Part shown: positions 1 to 8,566 of the stretch, piece by piece
How the letters are laid out: each line of letters starts with the position of its first letter
Position numbering within the stretch: the first letter of the stretch is position 1
Sequence record: SRR20825010_6282
Direction: 5' to 3' (one strand)
Length of the DNA: 30,115 nt
Translations under genes and position numbers: made by a program
The notes under the pieces: model-generated
The model's input: only the letters and a program-made list of their open reading frames with translations
Database searches by the model: none
Told to the model about the DNA's origin: nothing

Positions 1-155
1 CGACACGTTTGAAATCGGATGGTTCGAAATACTTGAGAGAACTTTGGTCTACACAAAGTAACTTTATCATGAAGGATTATTATTGTGCTGTAGGCAGTAT
101 GGCTGTTCAAAACATTTATGAAGACATACAACAAGAAATTAGAGATTACAATTAA
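1..155 (+). CDS. 3' end of an upstream gene of the locus (partial, unknown product; possibly a GT-B-fold protein)
   Basis: Frame 3 is open from the window edge to TAA at 153-155 (...TRLKSDGSKYLRELWSTQSNFIMKDYYCAVGSMAVQNIYEDIQQEIRDYN*). Same strand as the operon, ending 51 bp before pseB. Too short to assign. Confidence 0.55.
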   Translation, partial: TRLKSDGSKYLRELWSTQSNFIMKDYYCAVGSMAVQNIYEDIQQEIRDYN

Positions 156-206
156 AGCATGGCTTTGCTAAGCTTATAACTTTTGAAAGAAGATTAAGTC
201 GTTAAG

Positions 207-1214
207 ATGAAAAACAAAACAATCCTTATTACGGGTGGAACGGGCTCTTTGGGCAGGGCCTTAGCCTCACATATTCTTACGAACTTCCCTGATGTGAAAA
301 AGCTCATCATATTTAGTCGAGATGAACAGAAACAGTTTCAAATGGCCCAAGAGTTTCCTGAGTCTGAGTATCCACAAATTCGATTTTTCATAGGAGATGT
401 ACGTGACTATGAGCGTTTAAAAAGAGCATTTCAACAGGTTGATCTTGTCATACACGCGGCCGCTATGAAGCATGTACATATTGCAGAATACAACCCAGAA
501 GAATGTATTAAGACAAATATAGATGGGGCTCAGAATGTAATCAATGCCTGCTTAGCCACCAATGTACAAAGGGTAGTGGCCCTCTCTACGGATAAGGCCT
601 GTGCACCAATTAACTTATATGGAGCTACAAAGCTTACTTCGGATAAGCTGTTTATTGCTGCCAATAATATTAAGGGTACTAATCCTATAAGGTTCTCTGT
701 AGTACGCTACGGAAATGTAATGGGATCAAACGGGTCGGTTATTCCATTTTTTATTAATAAAAAGCCGACCGGTATTTTGCCGATTACAGACCTTCATATG
801 ACCCGCTTTAACATCAGTTTACAAGGAGGGGTAGACATGGTAATGCACGCATTGGAAAATGCCTTAGGAGGTGAATTATTTGTACCAAAAATACGATCTT
901 ATCGTATCCTAGATGTAGCCGAAGCTGTTGGTCCAGAGTGTGAGAAGCCGATCATTGGAATACGCCCAGGAGAAAAAGTACATGAAGAGATGATTACATC
1001 CTCAGATTCATATAACACCTATGACTTGGGTAAATACTACGTGATTGTACCGACTGTACCTGCTCGCCCTTTAAAAGAATTCTTAGAGCAAAATAACCAT
1101 AAGAAAGTTGAGGAAGGATTTAGTTATACTTCTGATAAGAATACTGACTGGGAAACGATTGAAAGTTTACGTGCTTTGATTATTGAACACGTGGATCCTG
1201 GTTTTAAGGTTTAA
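207..1214 (+). CDS. pseB: UDP-N-acetylglucosamine 4,6-dehydratase (inverting)
   Basis: TGGTGSLG Rossmann motif, FSRDEQKQ, HAAAMKHV, ALSTDKACAPINLYGATKL (YxxxK), VRYGNVMGSNGSV, GIRPGEKVHE; 335 aa soluble; followed by pseC. Confidence 0.95.
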   Translation: MKNKTILITGGTGSLGRALASHILTNFPDVKKLIIFSRDEQKQFQMAQEFPESEYPQIRFFIGDVRDYERLKRAFQQVDLVIHAAAMKHVHIAEYNPEECIKTNIDGAQNVINACLATNVQRVVALSTDKACAPINLYGATKLTSDKLFIAANNIKGTNPIRFSVVRYGNVMGSNGSVIPFFINKKPTGILPITDLHMTRFNISLQGGVDMVMHALENALGGELFVPKIRSYRILDVAEAVGPECEKPIIGIRPGEKVHEEMITSSDSYNTYDLGKYYVIVPTVPARPLKEFLEQNNHKKVEEGFSYTSDKNTDWETIESLRALIIEHVDPGFKV

Positions 1215-2419
1215 TGAGCGTTAACATTCCATATGGCCGACAAAACATCACCGATGAAGATATTCAAGCGGTAGTTGACGTATTAAAGTCTGATTACCTT
1301 ACCCAAGGGCCGGAGATATTTAAGTTTGAAAAGGCATTTGCCGATTATGTAGGAAGTAAATATGCAGTGGCTGTAGCCAATGGTACAGCAGCGCTGCACC
1401 TATGCACGTTAGCACTTGGTGTAAAAGAAGGGGACAAGGTGATCACAACTCCAATTACTTTTGCTGCATCGGCAAATTGCGTCCGTTATTGTGGAGGTGA
1501 AGTGATTTTTGCGGATATCAACCCTGATACTTACTTACTAGATATTAATAAGGTAAAGACCCTCTTGGGGTCTTCCCCTAAAGGAACATACCAAGGAATT
1601 ATCCCTGTAGATTTTGCTGGGAGGGCTAATGATTTGGAAGCATTTCGTTTTTTAGCCGATGAGTATGATTTATGGATCATAGAGGATGCCTGTCACGCTC
1701 CAGGAGGATACCTTACTGATTTAAAAGCAATAAGTCAAAATTGTGGAAATGGCAACTTTGCTGATTTAGCAATCTTTTCGTTCCATCCAGTGAAACATAT
1801 TGCAGCTGGTGAGGGAGGAATGATTACCACCAATGACAAAACCCTCTATGAAAAACTGTTGATGTTGCGCACCCATGGCATCACGAAAGATACTTCCCAA
1901 TTTCAGAACAGCATTGAGCTAGCGGTAGGTGCTACCCAATACCCAGTACCCAATACCCAGTACCCTGCATGGTACATGGAAATGCAAGCCTTAGGTTATA
2001 ACTACCGCTTGACCGACTTCCAGGCGGCTTTGGGTTTAAGCCAACTGAAAAGAGCAGAAGCTGGACTAGTAAGAAGAAAAGAGATTGCAAAAACCTATTT
2101 TGAAGCCTTTAAAGGAAAACCGTTTATTAAGGGGCAATCTGGAGTGGTTGAAGGTCATGCCTATCATCTCTACGTGATTGAGGTTGAAGATCGTTTGGGA
2201 CTGTATAATTTCTTAAGGTCAAAAAATATCTTTGCCCAAATTCACTATATCCCTTGTCATCTTATGCCCTATTATCGACAGTATGGTTGGAACGAAGGTG
2301 ATATGCCATTTGCTGAAAAGTATTATTCTCAATGTTTGAGTCTGCCCATGTACCCAACATTAGCGGATAGTGAATTAGAGTTCGTAATTGATACCATACT
2401 TAGTTTTTATGAAATCTAG
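1214..2419 (+). CDS. pseC: UDP-4-amino-4,6-dideoxy-N-acetyl-beta-L-altrosamine transaminase (DegT family)
   Basis: IPYGRQNI...LTQGP N-terminus, NGTAALHL, IEDACHA, SFHPVKHI (PLP Lys), GEGG, WYMEMQALGYNYRLTD; TAATG overlap with pseB. Confidence 0.93.
   Translation: MSVNIPYGRQNITDEDIQAVVDVLKSDYLTQGPEIFKFEKAFADYVGSKYAVAVANGTAALHLCTLALGVKEGDKVITTPITFAASANCVRYCGGEVIFADINPDTYLLDINKVKTLLGSSPKGTYQGIIPVDFAGRANDLEAFRFLADEYDLWIIEDACHAPGGYLTDLKAISQNCGNGNFADLAIFSFHPVKHIAAGEGGMITTNDKTLYEKLLMLRTHGITKDTSQFQNSIELAVGATQYPVPNTQYPAWYMEMQALGYNYRLTDFQAALGLSQLKRAEAGLVRRKEIAKTYFEAFKGKPFIKGQSGVVEGHAYHLYVIEVEDRLGLYNFLRSKNIFAQIHYIPCHLMPYYRQYGWNEGDMPFAEKYYSQCLSLPMYPTLADSELEFVIDTILSFYEI
1933..1965 (+). repeat. Heptamer tandem repeat (TACCCAR)x4.7 inside pseC
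   Basis: tacccaa tacccag tacccaa tacccag taccc read directly; encodes TQYPVPNTQYP. Confidence 0.9.
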
Positions 2420-3080
2420 TCAAAAAGAGGCCTTTTTGGCCTATGAAGCCAATGCTTGGTTCGAAAGAAACTTTAAAGTTATTTCTAATTATTCACCTGA
2501 TAATGATCGAGTAGTTGGTTTGATTGAAGAATATGGACTGAAACCAACAAGTGTATTGGAGATAGGCTGTTCTGCTGGGTATCGTTTAGAAGGAATTAGA
2601 TCTCGGATTTCAGGGTGCAATGTTCATGGTGTTGAGCCGTCTACACAAGCTATTGATTACGGCAGATCTCACTACCCGAAGGTCAATTTTTTAAATGGGA
2701 CAGCGGATGATTTGAGTGAGTATGGAGATGAATCAATGGACATTGTCATTGTAGGTTTTGTTTTTTATGTTGTGGATAGAGCAATACTTTTCAAAGTGAT
2801 TGCTGAGATAGATAGAGTTTTAAAGAATGGTGGAGTTTTGATTATTGTGGATTTCTTTTCAGAGAAAACACTTATGAATGCCTATCACCACATTCAAAAC
2901 TTTAGTGCCTTTTCTTTTAAGCAGAATTACGATGAGGTATTTACAGCCTCAAAATTGTATTACCTGCTGGATAAGTCGACCTGGAGTCATTCAGAAAAAG
3001 GGCGTGACGCTTCAGATGATTATCACAACAAGTACAGCATATCGTTATTGAAGAAGGACACTAGTGCAAGCTATAAGTAA
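2409..3080 (+). CDS. Class I SAM-dependent methyltransferase (Pse-cluster associated)
   Basis: VLEIGCSAG motif I, GVEPS, DIVIVGFVFY, RVLKNGG. ATG at 2409 (MKSSQK) preferred over the TTG at 2388. Confidence 0.85.
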   Translation: MKSSQKEAFLAYEANAWFERNFKVISNYSPDNDRVVGLIEEYGLKPTSVLEIGCSAGYRLEGIRSRISGCNVHGVEPSTQAIDYGRSHYPKVNFLNGTADDLSEYGDESMDIVIVGFVFYVVDRAILFKVIAEIDRVLKNGGVLIIVDFFSEKTLMNAYHHIQNFSAFSFKQNYDEVFTASKLYYLLDKSTWSHSEKGRDASDDYHNKYSISLLKKDTSASYK

Positions 3081-3936
3081 ACTTGTCTTAGGTACAGTTC
3101 AATTTGGGTTGAACTATGGTGTCAATAATAAATTGGGGCAAATGACTGTTCCTGACGCTCATAAAATCCTCGATTTAGCACTGAATGTTGGTATTAGGAC
3201 TTTGGATACAGCAGCAGCTTATGGTTCGTCAGAACAGGTGATTGGAGATTATATTAAGTCGAAGGATCAAAACCCGTTCAATATTATCACAAAGCTCGCT
3301 TTGAAGAATGGAAAAACTTGGGAAAGCTCACTTGAGAATAGCTTTAGGAATTTAGGTGTGGAAAGTATTGACACCCTAATGTTTCATTCTTACAGAGATT
3401 ATTTAGAAACTAGGGGAGAGATTCAAGAAATTTTAGTTGCTCAAAAAGGTATAAAATTTCAAAAGCTAGGAGTTTCAGTATATACAAATGAGGAATTGGA
3501 AGCTGTGGCTCCCGATAGAATCATTGACTTGGTTCAGTCACCCTTCAATCTTTTGGATAATCATCTCCACCGATCTGATGCATTAATGAAATGCAAGGAG
3601 CATAACAAACAAGTGCACACGAGGTCTGCATTTTTACAAGGTCTTTTCTTTATGAAAGCAAATTATATTCCTGAAAAACTAAAGCCGCTTAGCAAGGAAA
3701 TAGAAGCTGTAAAAGCCATTTCAGAAAAAGCAGGAGTGAGTATTGGTGCTTTGGCGCTGAACTATGCGCTTTCGAAACCTTATATTGATGGGGTATTAAT
3801 TGGGGTAGACAGCTTAAAGCAATTAGAGCAGAATCTGCAATGGGCACAAACTCAAAACCTAGAATCATATTTTGAAATGATTGACAACTTAATGGTTCAA
3901 GAAACGGCTTTGCTTAACCCCGTAAACTGGAGCTGA
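3064..3936 (+). CDS. Aldo/keto reductase
   Basis: LVLGTVQFGLNYG, LDTAAAYGSSE (Asp/Tyr), IITK (Lys), LMFH (His), GVSVY, QSPFNLLD, RSAFLQGL; GTG start. Confidence 0.88.
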   Translation: MQAISKLVLGTVQFGLNYGVNNKLGQMTVPDAHKILDLALNVGIRTLDTAAAYGSSEQVIGDYIKSKDQNPFNIITKLALKNGKTWESSLENSFRNLGVESIDTLMFHSYRDYLETRGEIQEILVAQKGIKFQKLGVSVYTNEELEAVAPDRIIDLVQSPFNLLDNHLHRSDALMKCKEHNKQVHTRSAFLQGLFFMKANYIPEKLKPLSKEIEAVKAISEKAGVSIGALALNYALSKPYIDGVLIGVDSLKQLEQNLQWAQTQNLESYFEMIDNLMVQETALLNPVNWS

Positions 3937-4694
3937 TGAATGTGACAATTGTAACTCAGGCTAGAATTGGGAGCTCTAGGTTGTCTGGTAAAATATTAAA
4001 AAGGATAAATGACCAGAGTTTACTTGAAATTCATCTTTCACGATTAAAGAAATCAAAACTTGCGACAAAGATTATTGTGGCTACTACTTTTGAGTCAGGT
4101 ATAGAAGAGGTTCTGGGAATAGGAAAGAAAATGGAGGTGGATGTATTCCAAGGCGCTACAGACGATGTGTTGGATAGGTTTTATCAAAGCGTCAAAGACT
4201 TTGCACCAGATTATATTGTTAGGGTAACTTCAGACTGCCCTTTAATTGATCCTGACTTAGTAGACAAGGTAATAGAAATGGTAAAGGTAGAAGATCTGGA
4301 CTATGCCTCTAATGGCCTCAAAGAGTTATATCCTGATGGACAAGACGTTGAAGTGTTTTCTTTTAAGGCGTTAAAAAAAGCTTGGGAGGAAGCTAAACTT
4401 CAATCTGACAGAGAGCATGTGACTCCCTATATTCGAAAGAATAGTGATTTTATGGGGGGCTACTTTTTTAAGGCGCAGAATCTGGGTTGCGAAAAAGATT
4501 ACAACCAAATTAGAATGACTGTCGATGAGCCAGACGATTTTGAAGCAATTGAAACGTTGATTAATGAGTTAGGAGCAAATGAGCCTTGGCAAACATATAC
4601 ACAGTATATACTAGAGCATTCTGATAAATTCAAGAATCAGTCTATTTATAGAAATGAAGGATATTTAAAGTCGTTGCAAAAAGATAATTTATAA
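3936..4694 (+). CDS. spsF: SpsF-type cytidylyltransferase (probable CMP-nonulosonate synthetase, PseF role)
   Basis: QARIGSSRLSGKIL, DVLDRF, RVTSDCPLIDP, REHVTPYI, RMTVDEPDD are typical SpsF-family motifs; TGATG overlap with the upstream gene. Confidence 0.85.
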   Translation: MNVTIVTQARIGSSRLSGKILKRINDQSLLEIHLSRLKKSKLATKIIVATTFESGIEEVLGIGKKMEVDVFQGATDDVLDRFYQSVKDFAPDYIVRVTSDCPLIDPDLVDKVIEMVKVEDLDYASNGLKELYPDGQDVEVFSFKALKKAWEEAKLQSDREHVTPYIRKNSDFMGGYFFKAQNLGCEKDYNQIRMTVDEPDDFEAIETLINELGANEPWQTYTQYILEHSDKFKNQSIYRNEGYLKSLQKDNL

Positions 4695-4698
4695 TACA

Positions 4699-6009
4699 AT
4701 GGGTAAAGGGCAAGCACTTTATAAAAAAGCAAAAACGTTGATCCCAGGAGGGACAATGCTATTATCGAAAAGACCAGAAATGTTCTTACCTGAAAAATGG
4801 CCTTCATACTTCAGCAAGGCCAAAGGCTGTCAAGTTTGGGACCTAGACGATAATCAGTATTTAGATATGTCCATCATGGGGATCGGTACGAATATTCTAG
4901 GCTATGGGAATGAAACGGTTGATGATGAAGTACGTAGGGTAGTGACACAAGGCAATATGTCAACTCTAAATTGCCCTGAAGAAGTTTATTTAGCCGAAAA
5001 ATTAGTCGAATTACATCCATGGGGTGATATGGTAAGGTTGGCACGAAGTGGTGGTGAAGCCAACGCAATAGCCATTCGCATCGCTAGAGCCGCATCAGGT
5101 AAAGATAAAGTGGCCATTTGTGGTTATCATGGTTGGCATGACTGGTATCTTTCTGCAAATCTAGGAGATGCTGCTGGTTTAGACGGACATTTATTACCAG
5201 GCCTGAATCCAGGTGGAGTCCCTCGGAACTTAAAGAATACCGTGCTTCCGTTTAATTACAATGATATTGAAGGCTTAAAGGCTTTGGTTCAGAATAACCC
5301 TGATTTAGGAGTTATTAAAATGGAAGTATCCAGAAATATGGGGCCTGAGAATAATTTTTTACATGAGGTTAGAAGTTTAGCGACTAAAAATGGGATAGTA
5401 TTAGTTTTTGATGAGTGTACTTCTGGTTTTAGACAGACTTTTGGTGGTTTACATAAGATGTATGGGGTGGAACCAGACATGTGTATGTTCGGTAAAGCTT
5501 TAGGTAACGGTTATGGTATTACTGCTGTTTTGGGCAGGCGTTCAGTGATGGAAGCCGCTCAGAAAACATTTATCAGCAGTACTTTTTGGACAGAAAGAAT
5601 AGGGCCAACAGCAGCATTGGCAACATTGGAAGTAATGGCGAAAACTAAGTCATGGGAAACCATTACTGAAATTGGCCTCGATATTACACAACGATGGGCT
5701 GATTTAGGTGTGAAATACAATCTCGATATCAATACGGCAGGCTTACCAGCCCTTACCTCTTTTTCGATAGCTTCTGAAGACTGGTTGAAATATAAAACCT
5801 TTATCACCCAAGAGATGCTTAAAAAGGGTATTCTGGCTTCAAATAGTGTATATGTTTGCACAGAACATAAGCCTGAATTTGTAAACCGCTATTTTGATGA
5901 GCTAGAATCCATTTTCAATACTATATCAGATTGCCAAAAGGGTGAAATCGATATAAATTCATTGTTAGAAAGCCCCGTTTGTCATGGTGGCTTTAAGAGG
6001 TTGAATTAG
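4699..6009 (+). CDS. Class III PLP-dependent aminotransferase (glutamate-1-semialdehyde aminomutase-like)
   Basis: KAKGCQVWDLD, SGGEANAIAIRIARA, CGYHGWHDW, VFDECTSGFR, FGKALGNG (PLP Lys). Context argues against a haem-pathway hemL role. Confidence 0.88.
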   Translation: MGKGQALYKKAKTLIPGGTMLLSKRPEMFLPEKWPSYFSKAKGCQVWDLDDNQYLDMSIMGIGTNILGYGNETVDDEVRRVVTQGNMSTLNCPEEVYLAEKLVELHPWGDMVRLARSGGEANAIAIRIARAASGKDKVAICGYHGWHDWYLSANLGDAAGLDGHLLPGLNPGGVPRNLKNTVLPFNYNDIEGLKALVQNNPDLGVIKMEVSRNMGPENNFLHEVRSLATKNGIVLVFDECTSGFRQTFGGLHKMYGVEPDMCMFGKALGNGYGITAVLGRRSVMEAAQKTFISSTFWTERIGPTAALATLEVMAKTKSWETITEIGLDITQRWADLGVKYNLDINTAGLPALTSFSIASEDWLKYKTFITQEMLKKGILASNSVYVCTEHKPEFVNRYFDELESIFNTISDCQKGEIDINSLLESPVCHGGFKRLN

Positions 6010-6012
6010 TCA

Positions 6013-6573
6013 ATGCACAGAGAATACAAAGTTTTAGATAATCAGGTTTTCACTGATGGGGAGTATTCGCTCGTTCCAATTCGAGAACAAGATCGGTACG
6101 ATATCATGCAGTGGCGAAACGAACAGATTTATCATTTACGTCAAGCCGAACCGTTGACTAAGGTGCAACAGGATGCCTATTTTGACAATGTAATAAGTAG
6201 TCTTTTTGAGCAACAGAAGCCACAACAAATTTTATTTTCCTTTCTAAAGAAGGATGAATGCATTGGATATGGAGGCCTAGTTCATATCAATTGGCTAGAC
6301 AAGAATGCTGAAATTTCTTTTATAATGAATACCGAACTTGAAGAAGACTTCTTTAAGTCGAATTGGAAAATGTTTCTGACTTTAATAGAATCAATTGCTT
6401 TCAGGGAATTGAATTTGCACAAAATAGTAACTTATGCTTTTGACTTGAGACCACAAATTTATATCATTTTTGAGCAAAGTGGCTTTAAAAAGGAAGCTAG
6501 GCTTAAAGAACATGTCTTCTATAATGGTGATTATATCGATGTTGTGATTCACGGAAAATTAAACAAAAATTGA
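6013..6573 (+). CDS. GNAT (RimJ/RimL-like, PseH-related) N-acyltransferase
   Basis: IMQWRNEQ, IGYGGLVHINW, AFRELNLHKI, GFKKEARLKEH. Confidence 0.8.
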   Translation: MHREYKVLDNQVFTDGEYSLVPIREQDRYDIMQWRNEQIYHLRQAEPLTKVQQDAYFDNVISSLFEQQKPQQILFSFLKKDECIGYGGLVHINWLDKNAEISFIMNTELEEDFFKSNWKMFLTLIESIAFRELNLHKIVTYAFDLRPQIYIIFEQSGFKKEARLKEHVFYNGDYIDVVIHGKLNKN

Positions 6574-6577
6574 TTTT

Positions 6578-7117
6578 ATGGATATTGAGTTAATAAAGCT
6601 TTCATTGGATGATATTGAGCAAGTTAGGGTCTGGAGGAATAGCCCAAATGTTGCCTCCTATATGTATAATGAGAGAGAGATTTCTCCTAGCGATCAACGT
6701 AATTGGTTTAACAGTATAAATGAAGAGAAATCACGCTATTGGCTCATTTCCTATGATGAAAAGAAAATAGGTCTAGCAAGTGTTACAGGTATTGATCATA
6801 CTTTGCAAAGTTGTTATTGGGCTTTTTATCTTGGAGAAAGCTCTGTGCGCGGTGCTGGTATTGGCGCTAAAGTAGAGTATAATGTTCTAGAGTATGTGTT
6901 CAATGAACTTAAGTTAAACAAGCTGAGGTGTGAAGTTTTTGTTGACAATGACAAGGTGATTAAAATGCACGAAAAGTTCGGTTTTAGAAGAGAGGCCTAT
7001 TACCGAGAGCATTGTGTAAAGGAGGGTAAGAAGTTGGATGTAGTTGGCCTAGCCATTCTGAAGTCAGAATGGGATCGTTTGAAGTCATTTCAAAAAAAGG
7101 CAATATATGGAGAATAA
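6578..7117 (+). CDS. pseH: UDP-4-amino-4,6-dideoxy-N-acetyl-beta-L-altrosamine N-acyltransferase (PseH, GNAT)
   Basis: VRVWRNSPNVASYMY, CYWAFYLG, GIGAKVEY, KLRCEVFVDNDKVIKMHEKFGF match the PseH pattern; lies in the pse cluster. Confidence 0.85.
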   Translation: MDIELIKLSLDDIEQVRVWRNSPNVASYMYNEREISPSDQRNWFNSINEEKSRYWLISYDEKKIGLASVTGIDHTLQSCYWAFYLGESSVRGAGIGAKVEYNVLEYVFNELKLNKLRCEVFVDNDKVIKMHEKFGFRREAYYREHCVKEGKKLDVVGLAILKSEWDRLKSFQKKAIYGE

Positions 7118-7517
7118 GGTTACAGTAAATTCCGTGTTTGAGTATGAATTTTCGTTCAATCAGACAGATGTTGAAAATTTCGCAAAGGCATCTGGAGACT
7201 TTAATCCCATTCACCTGGATGCAGAATACGCAAAAAAAACCATTTTTGGGCGTACAATTATACACGGCTTTCTAAGCGGAAGTATGTTCTCAAAGGTATT
7301 TGGTACTATCTTTCCAGGACATGGCACGATTTATTTAAATCAAAGTTTGAATTTTTTTAAGCCTATGTATACAGTAGAAGAGTACAAGGCGGTCTTTACA
7401 GTGAAGGAAGTTTATATTGAGAAACATAGAGCATTAATTACTACAGAAATATTTGATAGCCATAATCAAGTTACAATTTCTGGAGAAGCATTGATACAGC
7501 ACAATGATATTGCGTAA
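7107..7517 (+). CDS. MaoC/PhaJ-family (R)-specific enoyl-CoA hydratase
   Basis: FAKASGDFNPIHLDAEYAKKTIFGRTIIHG hydratase motif (D...H), FPGHGTIYLNQSLNFFKP; 136 aa hot-dog fold. Confidence 0.9.
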   Translation: MENKVTVNSVFEYEFSFNQTDVENFAKASGDFNPIHLDAEYAKKTIFGRTIIHGFLSGSMFSKVFGTIFPGHGTIYLNQSLNFFKPMYTVEEYKAVFTVKEVYIEKHRALITTEIFDSHNQVTISGEALIQHNDIA

Positions 7518-8550
7518 CCACATAATAGATAACCAATCACCTGTTTTTATAATAGCAGAGCTTTCTGCTAATCATAACGGAAGTTTAGAAACGGCTATTG
7601 AAACAATTCATGCTGCCAAAAGGGCTGGAGCGGACGCGATTAAACTCCAAACCTATACTGCGGATACAATTACCATTGATTGCGACAAAGATGACTTTGT
7701 TATAAAGGACACGATCTGGGGAGGGAGAAAGCTATATGATCTTTATAAAGAAGCCTATACCCCTTGGGAGTGGCACAAGCAGCTTTTCGAAGTAGCTGAA
7801 AAGGAAGGCTTGGTTTGTTTTTCATCACCATTTGATAAAACAGCAGTTGATTTTTTAGAGAGCTTGGATGTTCCTGCTTATAAAATAGCTTCTTTTGAGA
7901 TCACGGATATTCCATTAATTCAATATGTTGCTTCAAAGGGCAAACCGGTCATTATTTCTACTGGAATTGCAGAGCAGCCTGATATCGAATTGGCACTGGA
8001 TGCCTGTAGAAGAATGGGAAATAATGATATTGCGTTATTGAAGTGTACTTCTAGCTATCCTGCACCAATCAATGAAGCCAATATGATAATGGTAAAGGAT
8101 TTGGCAGAGCGTTATGGAGTGATTTCTGGTCTTTCGGATCATACCATGGGGGCAACAGTACCTATTGTAGCCACCTGTTTTGGTGCAAAAATTATTGAAA
8201 AACATTTCATACTCGATCGATCAATTGGTGGTCCAGATGCATCTTTTTCTATGAATGAAGAAGAATTTACGGCCATGGTAAAATCAGTTAGAGAGGCAGA
8301 AATGGCCATTGGTAAAGTAGATTATACTTTAACCGAAAAGCAGCATAAGGGAAAGGAGTTTTGTCGATCACTTTATGCGGTGAAGGACATTAAGTCCGGA
8401 GACATAATTACCGAAGAAAATGTAAGAAGCATCAGGCCGGGTTTTGGCTTGCACCCTAAATACTTAAATAAAATTTTAGGTACAAAAATTATGGCTGATG
8501 TTGATAGGGGCGAGGCCCTTAGTCCAGATCTGTTTGACTTTATCTCTTAA
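7504..8550 (+). CDS. pseI: Pseudaminic acid synthase (NeuB family)
   Basis: IIAELSANHNGS, KLQTYTADTIT, TPWEWH, YKIASFEITD, LKCTSSYP, GLSDHT, IEKHF, and a C-terminal SAF domain (RSLYAVKDIK...IRPGFGL). Confidence 0.95.
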   Translation: MILRNHIIDNQSPVFIIAELSANHNGSLETAIETIHAAKRAGADAIKLQTYTADTITIDCDKDDFVIKDTIWGGRKLYDLYKEAYTPWEWHKQLFEVAEKEGLVCFSSPFDKTAVDFLESLDVPAYKIASFEITDIPLIQYVASKGKPVIISTGIAEQPDIELALDACRRMGNNDIALLKCTSSYPAPINEANMIMVKDLAERYGVISGLSDHTMGATVPIVATCFGAKIIEKHFILDRSIGGPDASFSMNEEEFTAMVKSVREAEMAIGKVDYTLTEKQHKGKEFCRSLYAVKDIKSGDIITEENVRSIRPGFGLHPKYLNKILGTKIMADVDRGEALSPDLFDFIS

Positions 8551-8566
8551 TCATTCACTTGTTCAA

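Noticed and set aside
156-206. Internal promoter before pseB (TAACTTTTG)
   Set aside because: Spacing is one base off the TAnnTTTG consensus and such strings are common in AT-rich DNA; unsupported.
4699-6009. Annotation as hemL (tetrapyrrole synthesis)
   Set aside because: Same fold, but embedded in the pse cluster with no hem genes nearby; a sugar-related role is more plausible.
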